Assembly (NCBI GenBank): GCA_963846575.1
Contig: CAWJWJ010000002.1
Span: forward strand, 192,001-256,000
DNA from: an uncultured Nitrospiraceae bacterium
GTDB taxonomy: Bacteria > Nitrospirota > Nitrospiria > Nitrospirales > Nitrospiraceae
Reading direction: 5' to 3'
DNA: 64,000 bases
Under the pieces are notes generated by a model, which saw only the letters and a program-made list of their open reading frames with translations, had not been told where the DNA came from and did not search any database. Of this stretch, positions 1 through 9,621 are shown piece after piece. Every line of letters starts with the position of its first letter. Position 1 is the stretch's first letter. The position numbers were made by a program, and so were the translations under genes.

Positions 1-2235
1 CCCCCCCTATTGGCCGGAACTCTATTTCTGATTTGTGCTTTATGGGTGCTCAGCAACAATCCGCATTCGAAGTCTAATGTCCTCTTCAGTGGGATGTGCG
101 GCGCCGCCTGCTTCTGGTTGTTCGGCTGTTTCATGCTGTTCTCCGCGTCTGAGGAGGATGAAGCGTTTTTTTGGATGAGGGTCATTTATATCGGTATTGC
201 GCTCTTGCCCGCCTTGACCTATCACTTTGCGCGGTCCATCACCGGAGAGGCTGCGCGTGACCGCCTGATCAGCTGGAATTATGCAATCGGTGGCGTGTTT
301 CTTGGTCTAGCATTCACTTCATACCTGTTTGCTGGGCAGTACACGTACTACTGGGGCCGCTACCCCAAGGCGGGACCACTGCACCCACTATTAGTGCTCT
401 ACGTGCTGGTGGTCGGATTTCAGACGCTCCGTAGCCTGTACAAAGAGTTTCGCCTGCATGGCCGATCATCCCCTTTGCTTGGGGCTCAATTGAAATACAC
501 CCTGGCGGCGCTGGCCCTTGGGTTTATGGCTCCTCTCGATTTTCTGCAGAACTACGGGGTGGGGTTTTATCCAGTGGGCTACCTGCTGGCGGGCCTTTCG
601 GTCACGGTCGTCTCCTATGCGATCGCCCGTTATGAATTGATGGATGTGTCCTTCGTGCCGACACGCCCCAAAGTTATGCTGTCTATTAAGTTAATGGGAT
701 TGATTCCGGCTTACATGGTGATCTTGCTTGTCATTCGGATCTTTACCGGAACGTTTCATTACCTGCTGGCAGGGGTGTTGTTTGCTTTATTCGTCGTCGT
801 ATCCAATGGTTTGGCCAACCTTCAAAAAGGGGTGGAACGAGCGATCGGGCAAACCCTGTTCAGGGAACGCTACGACGCGTACGATACGCTGGTGCAGTTT
901 TCAAAGTCTCTTGTGGCGATTCTCGAACTGAAATCACTCACGAAGGAGATCGTTCAGACGTTGGCGCGCGTGATGAATATCAAAAGTGCGTCGGTCTATG
1001 TACTCGATAAAGAACAAGGGATATACAGTCTGACCGCTTCCTATGGATTTGCCACCCGTGATTCCCTCGTGTCGCCGATCAAGATGGAGAGTGAGTTTCC
1101 CCGGGCGCTGCTCCGCACCGACTCGGCACTTGTGCGAGAGGAAATAGAATATGATCGGGCCGAGACGGACTACTTACGACTGCTCGACACCTTAAAAGCG
1201 TTAGAGTCGGAGGTCTGTATCCCCCTCATCAGCAAGGAGCGCCTCGTCGGGTTCTGCAATTTGGGCCGACGCTCGAATCACGGCATTTATTCAACAGAGG
1301 AGCTAAGCCTCCTTAAAACACTGGCCCAGCACGCCGCCATAGCTATCGACAATGCCTTGTTGTACGAAGATCTGCGCCGGTCACAGCTGTTGATGCGACG
1401 TACCGACCGGTTACGTTCACTCGAAACCATGGCCGGAGGGTTTGCGCACGAGATTCGGAATCCGCTGACCTCCATCAAAACGTTTGTGCAGCTGGCTCCG
1501 GAACGACGTGACGATGTTGAATTTATGGAGCAGTTCAGTCAGGTGGTGTGCGAGGACGTCGAGCGCATTGAGCGGTTGGTGCACGAGATTCTGGATTACG
1601 CACGCTACATGACGCCAAAGCTCACTCAGGAGAATCTAAACGATGTGGTGTCTTCGTGCCTTTATTTTATTGAGGTGAAGGCGAGCAGCAAGGCTATCAC
1701 GATTCAGAAAGACCTGGCCGGTGATCTCCAATGCGTGAAGCTCGATCGACAGCAAATAAAGCAGGTCTTGCTGAACCTCTTCATTAACGCCATGGAGGCA
1801 ATCGGAGGTGAGCAGGCAGGACGGCTGGTTGTTCGCACGCGGAAGCTGGTCCGGCCCGCCAATGATCCTTGGGTTCAGATCGAGGTGGAGGATAGCGGAC
1901 CCGGTATCGACCCCGGAGATCTCGACCATATTTTTGATCCGTTTTATACCACGAAACATGAAAGCGGAGAGCGTGAGGGAACTGGGTTGGGCCTGACCAT
2001 CGCACATCAAATCGTTCAGGAGCATGGCGGCTATCTCGAGGTCACCAGCGAAGTCGGCCGCGGCACCAAATTCATGGTCAATCTTCCCGTAAATCCACCC
2101 GTGGCGGAGTGGCACGCTGCCCAGCCGGTCTATGAAGAGGGGAAAAAACTAACCGGCGGGTTTCTCGCCAGACCGCAGCTGGGATTGGAAGAGCAATTTC
2201 ACAAACCATCCTTCGGGGGAAACGTGACGACATAG
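1..2235 (+). CDS. Membrane sensor histidine kinase (multi-TM N-terminus, GAF, HisKA, HATPase); probably 5'-truncated by the window
   Basis: H-box AHEIRNPL, N-box QVLLNLFINAMEA, G1 DSGPGI, F-box FDPFYTTK, G2 GTGLGL; GAF-like segment ending LAQHAAIAIDNA; frame is open from base 1. Confidence 0.9.
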   Translation, partial: PPLLAGTLFLICALWVLSNNPHSKSNVLFSGMCGAACFWLFGCFMLFSASEEDEAFFWMRVIYIGIALLPALTYHFARSITGEAARDRLISWNYAIGGVFLGLAFTSYLFAGQYTYYWGRYPKAGPLHPLLVLYVLVVGFQTLRSLYKEFRLHGRSSPLLGAQLKYTLAALALGFMAPLDFLQNYGVGFYPVGYLLAGLSVTVVSYAIARYELMDVSFVPTRPKVMLSIKLMGLIPAYMVILLVIRIFTGTFHYLLAGVLFALFVVVSNGLANLQKGVERAIGQTLFRERYDAYDTLVQFSKSLVAILELKSLTKEIVQTLARVMNIKSASVYVLDKEQGIYSLTASYGFATRDSLVSPIKMESEFPRALLRTDSALVREEIEYDRAETDYLRLLDTLKALESEVCIPLISKERLVGFCNLGRRSNHGIYSTEELSLLKTLAQHAAIAIDNALLYEDLRRSQLLMRRTDRLRSLETMAGGFAHEIRNPLTSIKTFVQLAPERRDDVEFMEQFSQVVCEDVERIERLVHEILDYARYMTPKLTQENLNDVVSSCLYFIEVKASSKAITIQKDLAGDLQCVKLDRQQIKQVLLNLFINAMEAIGGEQAGRLVVRTRKLVRPANDPWVQIEVEDSGPGIDPGDLDHIFDPFYTTKHESGEREGTGLGLTIAHQIVQEHGGYLEVTSEVGRGTKFMVNLPVNPPVAEWHAAQPVYEEGKKLTGGFLARPQLGLEEQFHKPSFGGNVTT

Positions 2236-2344
2236 GTGTTCTGTCCTGCTGTTACCCCTATTGCGACGGTGCGTGCACGCGCGTGGCTTCATAGGTCTCG
2301 GGGATCGGCGGATTAGTGGACTTCTTTCACTCTAGGATTTGGGG

Positions 2345-3340
2345 CTAGTCGAGCCCACTCGGTTCCGCCGAAACCACCTCCAGGATTTTCTGTTCCGCCC
2401 AAAAGTGATCTCCGCCCGCTCGACCCTTCTGCAGAAAACCGCAATGGCCCCCGTAGCGCGGCGTCAGCAGCTTGATGTTCGGATTGCGCTTGATCGCCGG
2501 TATGTCAAACATTGAGAACGGTATAAAGGGGTCATCGTGGGCGGTGATAATCAGGGTGGGGACAGCGATATCCTGCATCACATGGCGAGCTCCCGCTCGA
2601 TCGTAATAATCGGCACAGTTCGTATACCCTCCATCGCGGGCGGTAAATACCTCATCAAACTGTCGGATGCTCTTAATCGAACGTAGTGCGTCGAGATCCC
2701 ACTTGCCAGGGAAAATTTTGGCTTTGCGCTTCATGCGGGCTTTCAGGCCGGAAAGAAAGTGCCGGTGGTAGAGCCAGTTTCCTGGTTGTTCCAAAGCCGC
2801 CACGCATTGGGAAGGATCAATATTGGGACTGACCGCCACTATGCCTGTCAGGCTCGAATAAGAGCTGCCCAGTTCCCCTGCTGCCTTTAGCACAAGGTTC
2901 CCTCCCATCGAATACCCTATGAACCAGATTCTGTTCATGCCCTCCATTACCGTAAGCTCATGCAGGATTCTCCGAAAATCCTTACTGCGTCCGCTGTTAT
3001 ATAGCGTGGGAGTTAGATGGTCAGTCCCGCCACATGTTCGCTGATTCATGCGGAGGACATTAAACCCCGCAGAGTAAGCCTTCGCTGTAATGCCGTGCAT
3101 GTAATGAGAATCGGCGCTTCCTTCCAGACCATGAACTAACACGACGGTTGGCGACGCTCTAGGATTGTTCTGCCAGTGCGAGTAGCCCAGTAGTTGTGTG
3201 CCTGGTTCCGTAGTAAAAAACCGCCGGCTTTCTGGAATAAGCTTAGACCAATTTTCACGCGGCCAATATCGAGAAACAATCGTCATGAGGTGAGGATTGC
3301 GTAGTAACTGGATGGGGATGAAGTCGTCTGTAACGTTCAT
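2345..3340 (-). CDS. YheT-family alpha/beta hydrolase
   Basis: NPHLMT, VHGLEGS, nucleophile GYSMGG, DDPF and GGHCGF motifs. Confidence 0.85.
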   Translation of the reverse strand: MNVTDDFIPIQLLRNPHLMTIVSRYWPRENWSKLIPESRRFFTTEPGTQLLGYSHWQNNPRASPTVVLVHGLEGSADSHYMHGITAKAYSAGFNVLRMNQRTCGGTDHLTPTLYNSGRSKDFRRILHELTVMEGMNRIWFIGYSMGGNLVLKAAGELGSSYSSLTGIVAVSPNIDPSQCVAALEQPGNWLYHRHFLSGLKARMKRKAKIFPGKWDLDALRSIKSIRQFDEVFTARDGGYTNCADYYDRAGARHVMQDIAVPTLIITAHDDPFIPFSMFDIPAIKRNPNIKLLTPRYGGHCGFLQKGRAGGDHFWAEQKILEVVSAEPSGLD

Positions 3341-3611
3341 GCGCCTTCCATTTTAAACAATCACGTTTCCGAGCGGGCGGGCTATTCCTTTCATCTGCAG
3401 GAAGTGTACTGAGGATGGGGGTGAATCGATTCGATGAGCAATGGGGAACAGGTTAAGATATTACCATGGCCAAGAGAAAGCGAGGCAGGTTTCCGGTACG
3501 CCCGGTGGCTATATCTGTAAGGAAGAGGCGATCAGGTCGGTAAAGAAACTTCCTTGCCATCAGCCACCAGGCCCAGGGAGGTCCACACCTAATACAGAAT
3601 AAGGTGGTTAC

Positions 3612-3649
3612 TAAAAGAAGAGGCTGTTGGCAGCTGCCAACAGCCTCTT
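3612..3649 (-). terminator. Likely intrinsic terminator of tRNA-Asn
   Basis: Perfect 32-bp palindrome AAGAGGCTGTTGGCAG/CTGCCAACAGCCTCTT (3618-3649) just 3' of the tRNA, followed by CTTTT on the minus strand. Confidence 0.7.
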
Positions 3650-3656
3650 TGATATT

Positions 3657-3732
3657 TGGCTCCCCGGGCAGGACTCGAACCTGCGACCAGCCGGTTAACA
3701 GCCGGCTGCTCTACCAACTGAGCTACCGGGGA
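3657..3732 (-). tRNA. tRNA-Asn(GTT)
   Basis: Reverse complement folds to a cloverleaf: TCCCCGG acceptor, anticodon arm GCCGG-CT GTT AA-CCGGC, GGTTCGAGTCC T-arm, encoded CCA. Confidence 0.97.
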
Positions 3733-3796
3733 ACAATGTGATGCGTTATAAACTTTTGCATTCTAGCAAAAGCAGGGAGGGAAGGGGGAGTCTTTT

Positions 3797-4066
3797 TTAG
3801 ACCCCAAAGTCTTCCATGTCATCTTCATCGGACGACGCGTCTGTGTTTCCCTCTGCAAGGGCTGCGAAATGCTTCGCCCAGGTGAGATAGAGATTTCCGC
3901 TATCCCGCATCGTGTCCGCGGCCTTGACAAGTTTTTCTGCCAATTCTGGATCTTTTCCGCTGGCATGTATGGCTGCAGCATGGCGTTCTATGGCTTTGGG
4001 ATATTCATGCAACAAGCCGGCGATGTCGCGGAGAAGTCCATCAAGCACATTGTCTTCTTGTTCCAT
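3797..4066 (-). CDS. Small hypothetical protein with acidic C-terminus
   Basis: 89-aa ORF with AAGGA RBS and helical composition; no recognisable motif. Confidence 0.7.
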   Translation of the reverse strand: MEQEDNVLDGLLRDIAGLLHEYPKAIERHAAAIHASGKDPELAEKLVKAADTMRDSGNLYLTWAKHFAALAEGNTDASSDEDDMEDFGV

Positions 4067-4092
4067 GAAATCCTTTCAATCGCCATCTCAAG

Positions 4093-4127
4093 AAAAAACC
4101 CCATAGCGCGATACGCCATGGGGTTTT
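4093..4127 (-). terminator. Intrinsic terminator after the oxidoreductase operon
   Basis: Minus strand AAAACCCCATGGCG...CGCTATGGGG followed by TTTTTT. Confidence 0.75.
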
Positions 4128-4144
4128 AAAGATGCGTGTGCTGT

Positions 4145-4423
4145 TTATCCTTGGTAGGCTTGTCCGAGGGCAGCGGACTCGCCTTTATGGGTCATCAATT
4201 GCCCCGTGGCGCTAACAGCCTGCATCTCAATGGCCTCATGCTTTGCGGCGTTACAGACGACGACGCAGAGTTCGCAACCCTTGCATCGATCAATCGTTAC
4301 TTCTGCCACCATTTTGGCGGAATTAAGATCAAGACAGTTGGCTTCTGGACAATACATGATGCAGAGGCGGCAGCCCTTCTTGGCCACGCATTTCTCGTCG
4401 ATGACTTGCGCTACGTTATACAT
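4145..4423 (-). CDS. forE: 2-oxoacid:ferredoxin oxidoreductase epsilon (2x[4Fe-4S] ferredoxin-like) subunit
   Basis: CVAKKGCRLCIMYCP and CKGCELCVVVC Cys clusters; last gene of a D-A-B-G-E operon. Confidence 0.75.
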   Translation of the reverse strand: MYNVAQVIDEKCVAKKGCRLCIMYCPEANCLDLNSAKMVAEVTIDRCKGCELCVVVCNAAKHEAIEMQAVSATGQLMTHKGESAALGQAYQG

Positions 4424-4446
4424 GCGACGTGGTCCCTTCTCTCTCG

Positions 4447-5154
4447 TTAAGCCGCAACGGCAGGATTACCGACCTGCAACTCGATTTTATTCTTGTCGGC
4501 CCATTCGCTCGCGATCTCATAAGCCGCTTTAACCGTCGCCAGGTTCTTTGCTAGTAACATTTCCTTCTTGGCGAATTTCTTTTTGATTGCCTCGTCCAAT
4601 GAAGCAGTTCCGCCTGAGGCAACAAATTTCTTGCCGAATCTTTCTTGCAACGCACCGTCTAGAGCTTCCATGGAGACACATTTGGTAATGCCTGCCACCG
4701 AGCCAATCATGGCCATGTTCGTTGATAGCTCCGTGCCCGCAACTTCGATCGCAAGTTCGGTCCCTGCAATATAAAACAAGGCGACATTCAGATCTTTGAG
4801 TCGCTGGATGTCTTCCTCTGACAACAGAGGTTGGGCTGAGTTGATGATCACGACGCCACCTTCTTTTACGCCGGAGTAGAAGGGCATGGTGTAACTTTTT
4901 CCCATGGTAATGACCTGGGGATGAAACACCTCGATGACGTCTGGGAACACTAGCTCACCACGGTCATAAATCCGCTCGATGCCAATGCGGCAGTAACTTT
5001 CTGCGGGAGCCATACGCTTCTCAGCACCAAAGAACGGATTTGATATTGAAAACTTTCCGTCCCGGTTCGCTGCCATCGCCATTACATGGGCTGCCGTGAC
5101 TGCACCTTGTCCGCCCAGCCCTGACATTCGAATATTGAGTCTTTTCTTAATCAT
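4447..5154 (-). CDS. forG: 2-oxoacid:ferredoxin oxidoreductase gamma subunit
   Basis: GLGGQG motif, FFGAEKR, STNMAMIG. Confidence 0.8.
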   Translation of the reverse strand: MIKKRLNIRMSGLGGQGAVTAAHVMAMAANRDGKFSISNPFFGAEKRMAPAESYCRIGIERIYDRGELVFPDVIEVFHPQVITMGKSYTMPFYSGVKEGGVVIINSAQPLLSEEDIQRLKDLNVALFYIAGTELAIEVAGTELSTNMAMIGSVAGITKCVSMEALDGALQERFGKKFVASGGTASLDEAIKKKFAKKEMLLAKNLATVKAAYEIASEWADKNKIELQVGNPAVAA

Positions 5155-5170
5155 GAACGACCTCCGATCC

Positions 5171-6073
5171 TTAAGCTTTTTCTGCTAACTGTTTGGCGGC
5201 GGCTTTCTTTTCCTTGGCCTTGGCATCTCGCTCCGCCAAAAGCTGCTTCGCCGGCTCGCTGATATATTCTTTGTACGCGAAGCGTTCGGCTGGTTTCTCG
5301 GAGTCCCGCATTTCCTGCAGGCCTTCCATGCTGTTCTTGCCAATTTCCAAAATGCAGGGGGTGTAAAGCTGCAGATAGGTCGGGCCGAGCTCTCGTGCAA
5401 TTAGGACTGCATTGCGGACGACCTTCTCGACCAGGGACGGCTTGCTCACGGTGCAGTTCACAACGTAGTGACAGCCGGATTCGCGAGCAATCTCAGGCAG
5501 ACGAACTTTGTCGAACAGTTTGCCAACCGGAGCCATTTTAGCGACGAAGCCTTTCTGCATCAGGCCACTCTCCTGTCCACCTGTATTGGCGTACAGTTCG
5601 TTGTCAAAGCAGATGGTCGTGAACTTCTCTTGCCGGAACCAGGCCTGCAAGGTCATATCTAACCCAATGTCGACTGTGGCTCCGTCACCTGCCAAAACAA
5701 CCACATCCTTGATGCGGTCGGGGAATCGGACGGAAAGTGCGCGTTTCAATCCTGAAGCAATAGCGTTCTGATTTCCAAAAAGGGAATGGATATTGTGGAC
5801 GGCTACCATGGGGAATACGAGGCTTGTGCAGCCCGTTGATCCAACCATTACCGTATCTTCCGGATTTGGGAGTGAGGCCAGAATATAGCGGAACGCCATG
5901 GATTCCGGACAACCGGCACATAGGGAATGTTGCTCAATCAGTTCCTTTGATGTTCCAATATCTTTCCAGCCACGGTCCTCTTTTCCATAGGTGGCGCTTT
6001 GGACCAAGTCTTGGTAGTCCGACGGCATGATGTCATACAGATCTTCAGAAATCTTGATTCGCTCTTTGCTCAT
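5171..6073 (-). CDS. forB: 2-oxoacid:ferredoxin oxidoreductase beta (TPP-binding) subunit
   Basis: LCAGCP, TGC, TPP motif GDG...DNELYANTGGQ, YTPC. Confidence 0.82.
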   Translation of the reverse strand: MSKERIKISEDLYDIMPSDYQDLVQSATYGKEDRGWKDIGTSKELIEQHSLCAGCPESMAFRYILASLPNPEDTVMVGSTGCTSLVFPMVAVHNIHSLFGNQNAIASGLKRALSVRFPDRIKDVVVLAGDGATVDIGLDMTLQAWFRQEKFTTICFDNELYANTGGQESGLMQKGFVAKMAPVGKLFDKVRLPEIARESGCHYVVNCTVSKPSLVEKVVRNAVLIARELGPTYLQLYTPCILEIGKNSMEGLQEMRDSEKPAERFAYKEYISEPAKQLLAERDAKAKEKKAAAKQLAEKA

Positions 6074-6135
6074 ATATGCCTCCTCAAAGCCTATTGTTCG
6101 TAAACAGTAAATGGAAATTCAATGCATGGCTGGCT

Positions 6136-7347
6136 TCAGCTACCTCTGCCCGCGAGCGACTCCGAACGCAAGCCCAGAGCGGTCTTGATTTCAGAGACAA
6201 TGATTTCAGGAGGCATTGTCATGCCGCCACACACATGAGGTCCAGCATGGACCCGCTCACTGTTAGGAATGGTCGATTTGATTTCTTTTGCCAGCCAGCC
6301 GGTCACATTGAACTCCGGCACAAAAATGTGTTTGGCGTTCTTTGTGGCCTCACGAATTTCTTCTCCGGGCCAGGGTCGAAGCGACTTCACCTTCACTAAG
6401 CCGCAACGCAAGCCCTCGTCTTCAAGGAGGCGGATGGCCTCTCGGCCTTGCGAAACGGCCGTACCTGAAGCAACAATCACGATATCTGCATCGGTATTTT
6501 CCGTGTCAACCAGGCCGTTGATCCATTTAATTGTATGTTTACGGGACCGTTCTATCGCTGCCCAGATCTCCTGCTGCCATGACGCATGAGTGGCATAGCT
6601 GATGTAGTTGCTCTTCATGATAAAAGGATCACGCATCATCCGAACAGGAGGGCACTCCATGTCCATGCACGGCACAGGGGATCGATACGGATCATATGGC
6701 GGAAGGCACATGTCGGCAGGCGTGAGATTGACGACATCTTTGGTGTGGGTCACAAAGAATCCATCACAACAGAGCGCTAGCGGCAAATGCACTTCGGGTT
6801 CCTCGGATACCATGAAGCCTTTCAGAATCCAGTCGAAAAAATCCTGGGCCGTTTCTGCATGCCAAACAAGCATACCGGTATTCAACAAATAGGAAATTTC
6901 GATGGTATCTGGCTGAATTGACAATGGCGAATTAATCCCGCGGCAAGTGACGATCATTTGAATGGGAAGACGTGCTCCTGCCCACATGGGAAAATTTTCC
7001 ATGGCACGCATCGTTCCGGGACCGGCAGTCGTAGTGAACACGCGTGCACCGCCGAATGCCGCACCTGCACACTGGGACATGACGGCAAATTCGCTCTCGC
7101 CACGGAAATAATCACCGATATAACCCTCGGCAAACAACTCCCCGATGAGAGCTGCAGCTTCGCTTTGTGGGGTAATCGGGTATGCAATCATGACGTCGCA
7201 ACTGGCTCGCCGGAGGGCCTCCTTGATAACCTCGCTTCCGGTATAGAAAGAGGGATTACGGGGGGCGTCGTGCATCATCGTCCAGGCGTCTGTAAACGTT
7301 TGACCTTTTTTATTCTGTGTCCCGATCAGGGATTTTGTTTCCGCCAT
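6136..7347 (-). CDS. forA: 2-oxoacid:ferredoxin oxidoreductase alpha subunit
   Basis: YPITPQSE motif, ESE, TTTAGPG, DGFFVTH; For rather than Por is inferred from gene order. Confidence 0.8.
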   Translation of the reverse strand: MAETKSLIGTQNKKGQTFTDAWTMMHDAPRNPSFYTGSEVIKEALRRASCDVMIAYPITPQSEAAALIGELFAEGYIGDYFRGESEFAVMSQCAGAAFGGARVFTTTAGPGTMRAMENFPMWAGARLPIQMIVTCRGINSPLSIQPDTIEISYLLNTGMLVWHAETAQDFFDWILKGFMVSEEPEVHLPLALCCDGFFVTHTKDVVNLTPADMCLPPYDPYRSPVPCMDMECPPVRMMRDPFIMKSNYISYATHASWQQEIWAAIERSRKHTIKWINGLVDTENTDADIVIVASGTAVSQGREAIRLLEDEGLRCGLVKVKSLRPWPGEEIREATKNAKHIFVPEFNVTGWLAKEIKSTIPNSERVHAGPHVCGGMTMPPEIIVSEIKTALGLRSESLAGRGS

Positions 7348-7397
7348 GGTCTTGGCCTCCTTTCGATCTTCGTTAGAAGAGTTGAAACCTCTCGTCT

Positions 7398-8033
7398 TTA
7401 GTTGGAAGCGCTTGTCTTGGCCGATGTCAGTCTTGGTTTCACCGTGCCTTTAAGTTTGCGGATCCAATCCCCCAGTCTTAAGATTTTCTCAACTGAGGCA
7501 TCTCTGAAAGAGAGCATGGCATCTTCGTGCCCTGCCTGAGCACACATAGCAACCGTATAGCATGAGGTGCCACCGCGAATAATCTTGAGAGATAAGTTCG
7601 CTTGGTGACAGTGTACGCCAATGAACATGCAGCAGTCGATTTTGTTATGCCAAATTGTTAGATTAGGGTGGTTCGGATTAATTTCGACTTCGGGATTGAT
7701 CTTCGGATACTTCGGACGATAGTCAGGCATGGGGATCAGCATCGGCTTTTGACCTGGCTGAACGCATTCTTTCAAAATCTCATATAGTTTTCTGACGGCG
7801 GCTGCCTTCTTCGCTGCTTTCTCGTTCCATGCCCAGAGAACTAAAGGGCCAGGGAAAATTGTTGGAACCTGTGCCATTAGAAATTGCCGAGCCGCTTCCT
7901 CGTAAGCCTTTTCTTCTGGCACGATTACACCATTAATATGCGCCTCCCCTGGATTGGGTAGATAAATACCCATGGATGCCGCAGCCGGGGGGAGGAAATG
8001 TTCTGGGCCTGGTAGCACGCGATACTGAGTCAT
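7398..8033 (-). CDS. forD: Five-subunit 2-oxoacid:ferredoxin oxidoreductase delta subunit
   Basis: PTIFPGP, PDYRPKYPKINPEVEINPNHPNLTIWHNKID and GVHCH segments; first gene of the operon. Confidence 0.7.
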   Translation of the reverse strand: MTQYRVLPGPEHFLPPAAASMGIYLPNPGEAHINGVIVPEEKAYEEAARQFLMAQVPTIFPGPLVLWAWNEKAAKKAAAVRKLYEILKECVQPGQKPMLIPMPDYRPKYPKINPEVEINPNHPNLTIWHNKIDCCMFIGVHCHQANLSLKIIRGGTSCYTVAMCAQAGHEDAMLSFRDASVEKILRLGDWIRKLKGTVKPRLTSAKTSASN

Positions 8034-8244
8034 TCGGACCTGCTCTCTTTCTGGGGTTTAACAAACTTGGAGAAAGGGATATCCTCGGTTATAGCGTGAG
8101 GTCGAGTCACTCTATGCTTTCCCGGCGGTTCCCTGCAAGACGGCAGAAGGCCCACTTATGGGAAATTAAGGGCTAGCATCTATGAAAGCGGTTAGGCCTT
8201 TGGAACTAGAGTGATCAGACTTGAGCGAACAGATCTAAGTGCGC

Positions 8245-8274
8245 ATTATAGGGGGCATTCTTTAAGGTTGTCAA
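8245..8274 (-). promoter_or_regulatory. Sigma70 promoter of the for operon
   Basis: Minus strand TTGACA-18 nt-TATAAT, both hexamers perfect. Confidence 0.8.
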
Positions 8275-8380
8275 TCTGTCTTGGGAGGGCTGGGTGCTGA
8301 TCGGTTCGGCTGATTGTTCCGGTGGGAGGCCATGGGCTGGCAAATTCAGGCAAAGTTTCCTCTGGTTTTAAATAGCCCCG

Positions 8381-8665
8381 TCAGACGTTAGTTGCAGAGG
8401 GCAACACTTGTTGAAAGGGGTGCACCTCTATTCGTTCGAAAACGCCTTCCACTGTGTAAGGGTCATTTTGAGCGATCTGCCGTGCCTGTTCGAGGGACTC
8501 TGCCTCAATAATTATTAGGCTACCCGCTTTGTCCGTGAACGGGCCAGCCAGAACTACTTTTCCCTCTCGCCTGAGAGGCTCCAGGCCGGCAAGGTGCGCC
8601 GCCCGATGAATTTTTCGTTTTGCCTGTCCATCAGGTCCATCATACCCTAGAATGACGAATTTCAT
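8381..8665 (-). CDS. YciI family protein
   Basis: R-x-x-H-L, LAGP, GSLII and NDPY motifs; 94 aa. Confidence 0.88.
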   Translation of the reverse strand: MKFVILGYDGPDGQAKRKIHRAAHLAGLEPLRREGKVVLAGPFTDKAGSLIIIEAESLEQARQIAQNDPYTVEGVFERIEVHPFQQVLPSATNV

Positions 8666-8684
8666 GGTTCACATTTAGAGCACA

Positions 8685-9098
8685 TTATCCTGTTACTCCA
8701 TCCAGGGGGTGCCGATCTTTGTAGCCACATGAAACTTCATGCCACCATTGGATTTGGTCTTCACCAAATTTCCAGCAGAGGTACACGACGCGGTCTGCCA
8801 ACTGATAGGGAAAGTCGCACAGCCCTAAATCAACATCCTTTATGACTACGCCAAGTTCATGAATGGCCTGCAAGCTACCACTAATCTCATGAAGAGCCCT
8901 GATATAGAGTGCCCCTACCGGGCTTCCTCCTCCGGAGGCTGCCTGCGCACTGGCTTTACCCACTTCTTCCTTAGTGCTAGATATAACAGCCTTGGCTCGT
9001 CGAACAGCAGCGAATCTTTGGTTGAGTTGAGGAACCAGTTCATTGGCCTCTGCCAATGTGAAGATGCGTTCGGGTGCGTCATTATCGGATTTTGCCAT
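8685..9098 (-). CDS. DUF2203-like protein
   Basis: FTLAEAN...KDVDLGLCDFP...YLCWKFGE...WWH...G...R.P pattern. Confidence 0.8.
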   Translation of the reverse strand: MAKSDNDAPERIFTLAEANELVPQLNQRFAAVRRAKAVISSTKEEVGKASAQAASGGGSPVGALYIRALHEISGSLQAIHELGVVIKDVDLGLCDFPYQLADRVVYLCWKFGEDQIQWWHEVSCGYKDRHPLDGVTG

Positions 9099-9281
9099 GA
9101 ATATTTTCCCGAGGTGATCTTTAGCACATCACTTGATGAGCTTCAACAGTGTTAAGGTGAGAGTAAGGTACAAAGTGAGCCGTTGATAAACGGTGATGGA
9201 CCTGCCGGTTCGTCTAACAGTAGTGATTCAGGGTGGAGCAAATAAGTTTCTCGTATATCAGGCACAGTGACCATTAATGGG

Positions 9282-9310
9282 TTGACATACTTCGTAGTGG
9301 AGGCTAGAAT
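9282..9310 (+). promoter_or_regulatory. Sigma70 promoter of rho
   Basis: TTGACA (9282)-17 nt-TAGAAT (9305). Confidence 0.75.
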
Positions 9311-9621
9311 TAGGGCAACTTCGCAATCCTAGTAAATAGTTTTTACCTTCTTTGCGCCAACTCCCGAGACCCACTCAATCGTAAATATTCCAGGGCGTCT
9401 CAGCGTTACTCGTGCAACAGTGAATCATTTTCATTTCCGCGAAACTTAAGCACTAACATCTTCAGCATCGAACCAGCCAGTCTTACACAACCAGCAGGTT
9501 GACACCGAGACAATCACCTCCGTGAATCATTCATGAGCACTAAATCGTTTTTCTCATTTTGGGGAGCTATCAGGTCGAGAGCCTGATAGGGAAGGGTATG
9601 ACACAGGTTAAAGCGGAAGTT

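Noticed and set aside
3600..3732. tRNA-Asn (and tRNA at 25133) as integration sites
   Set aside because: No integrase and no duplicated tRNA 3' end seen in the window
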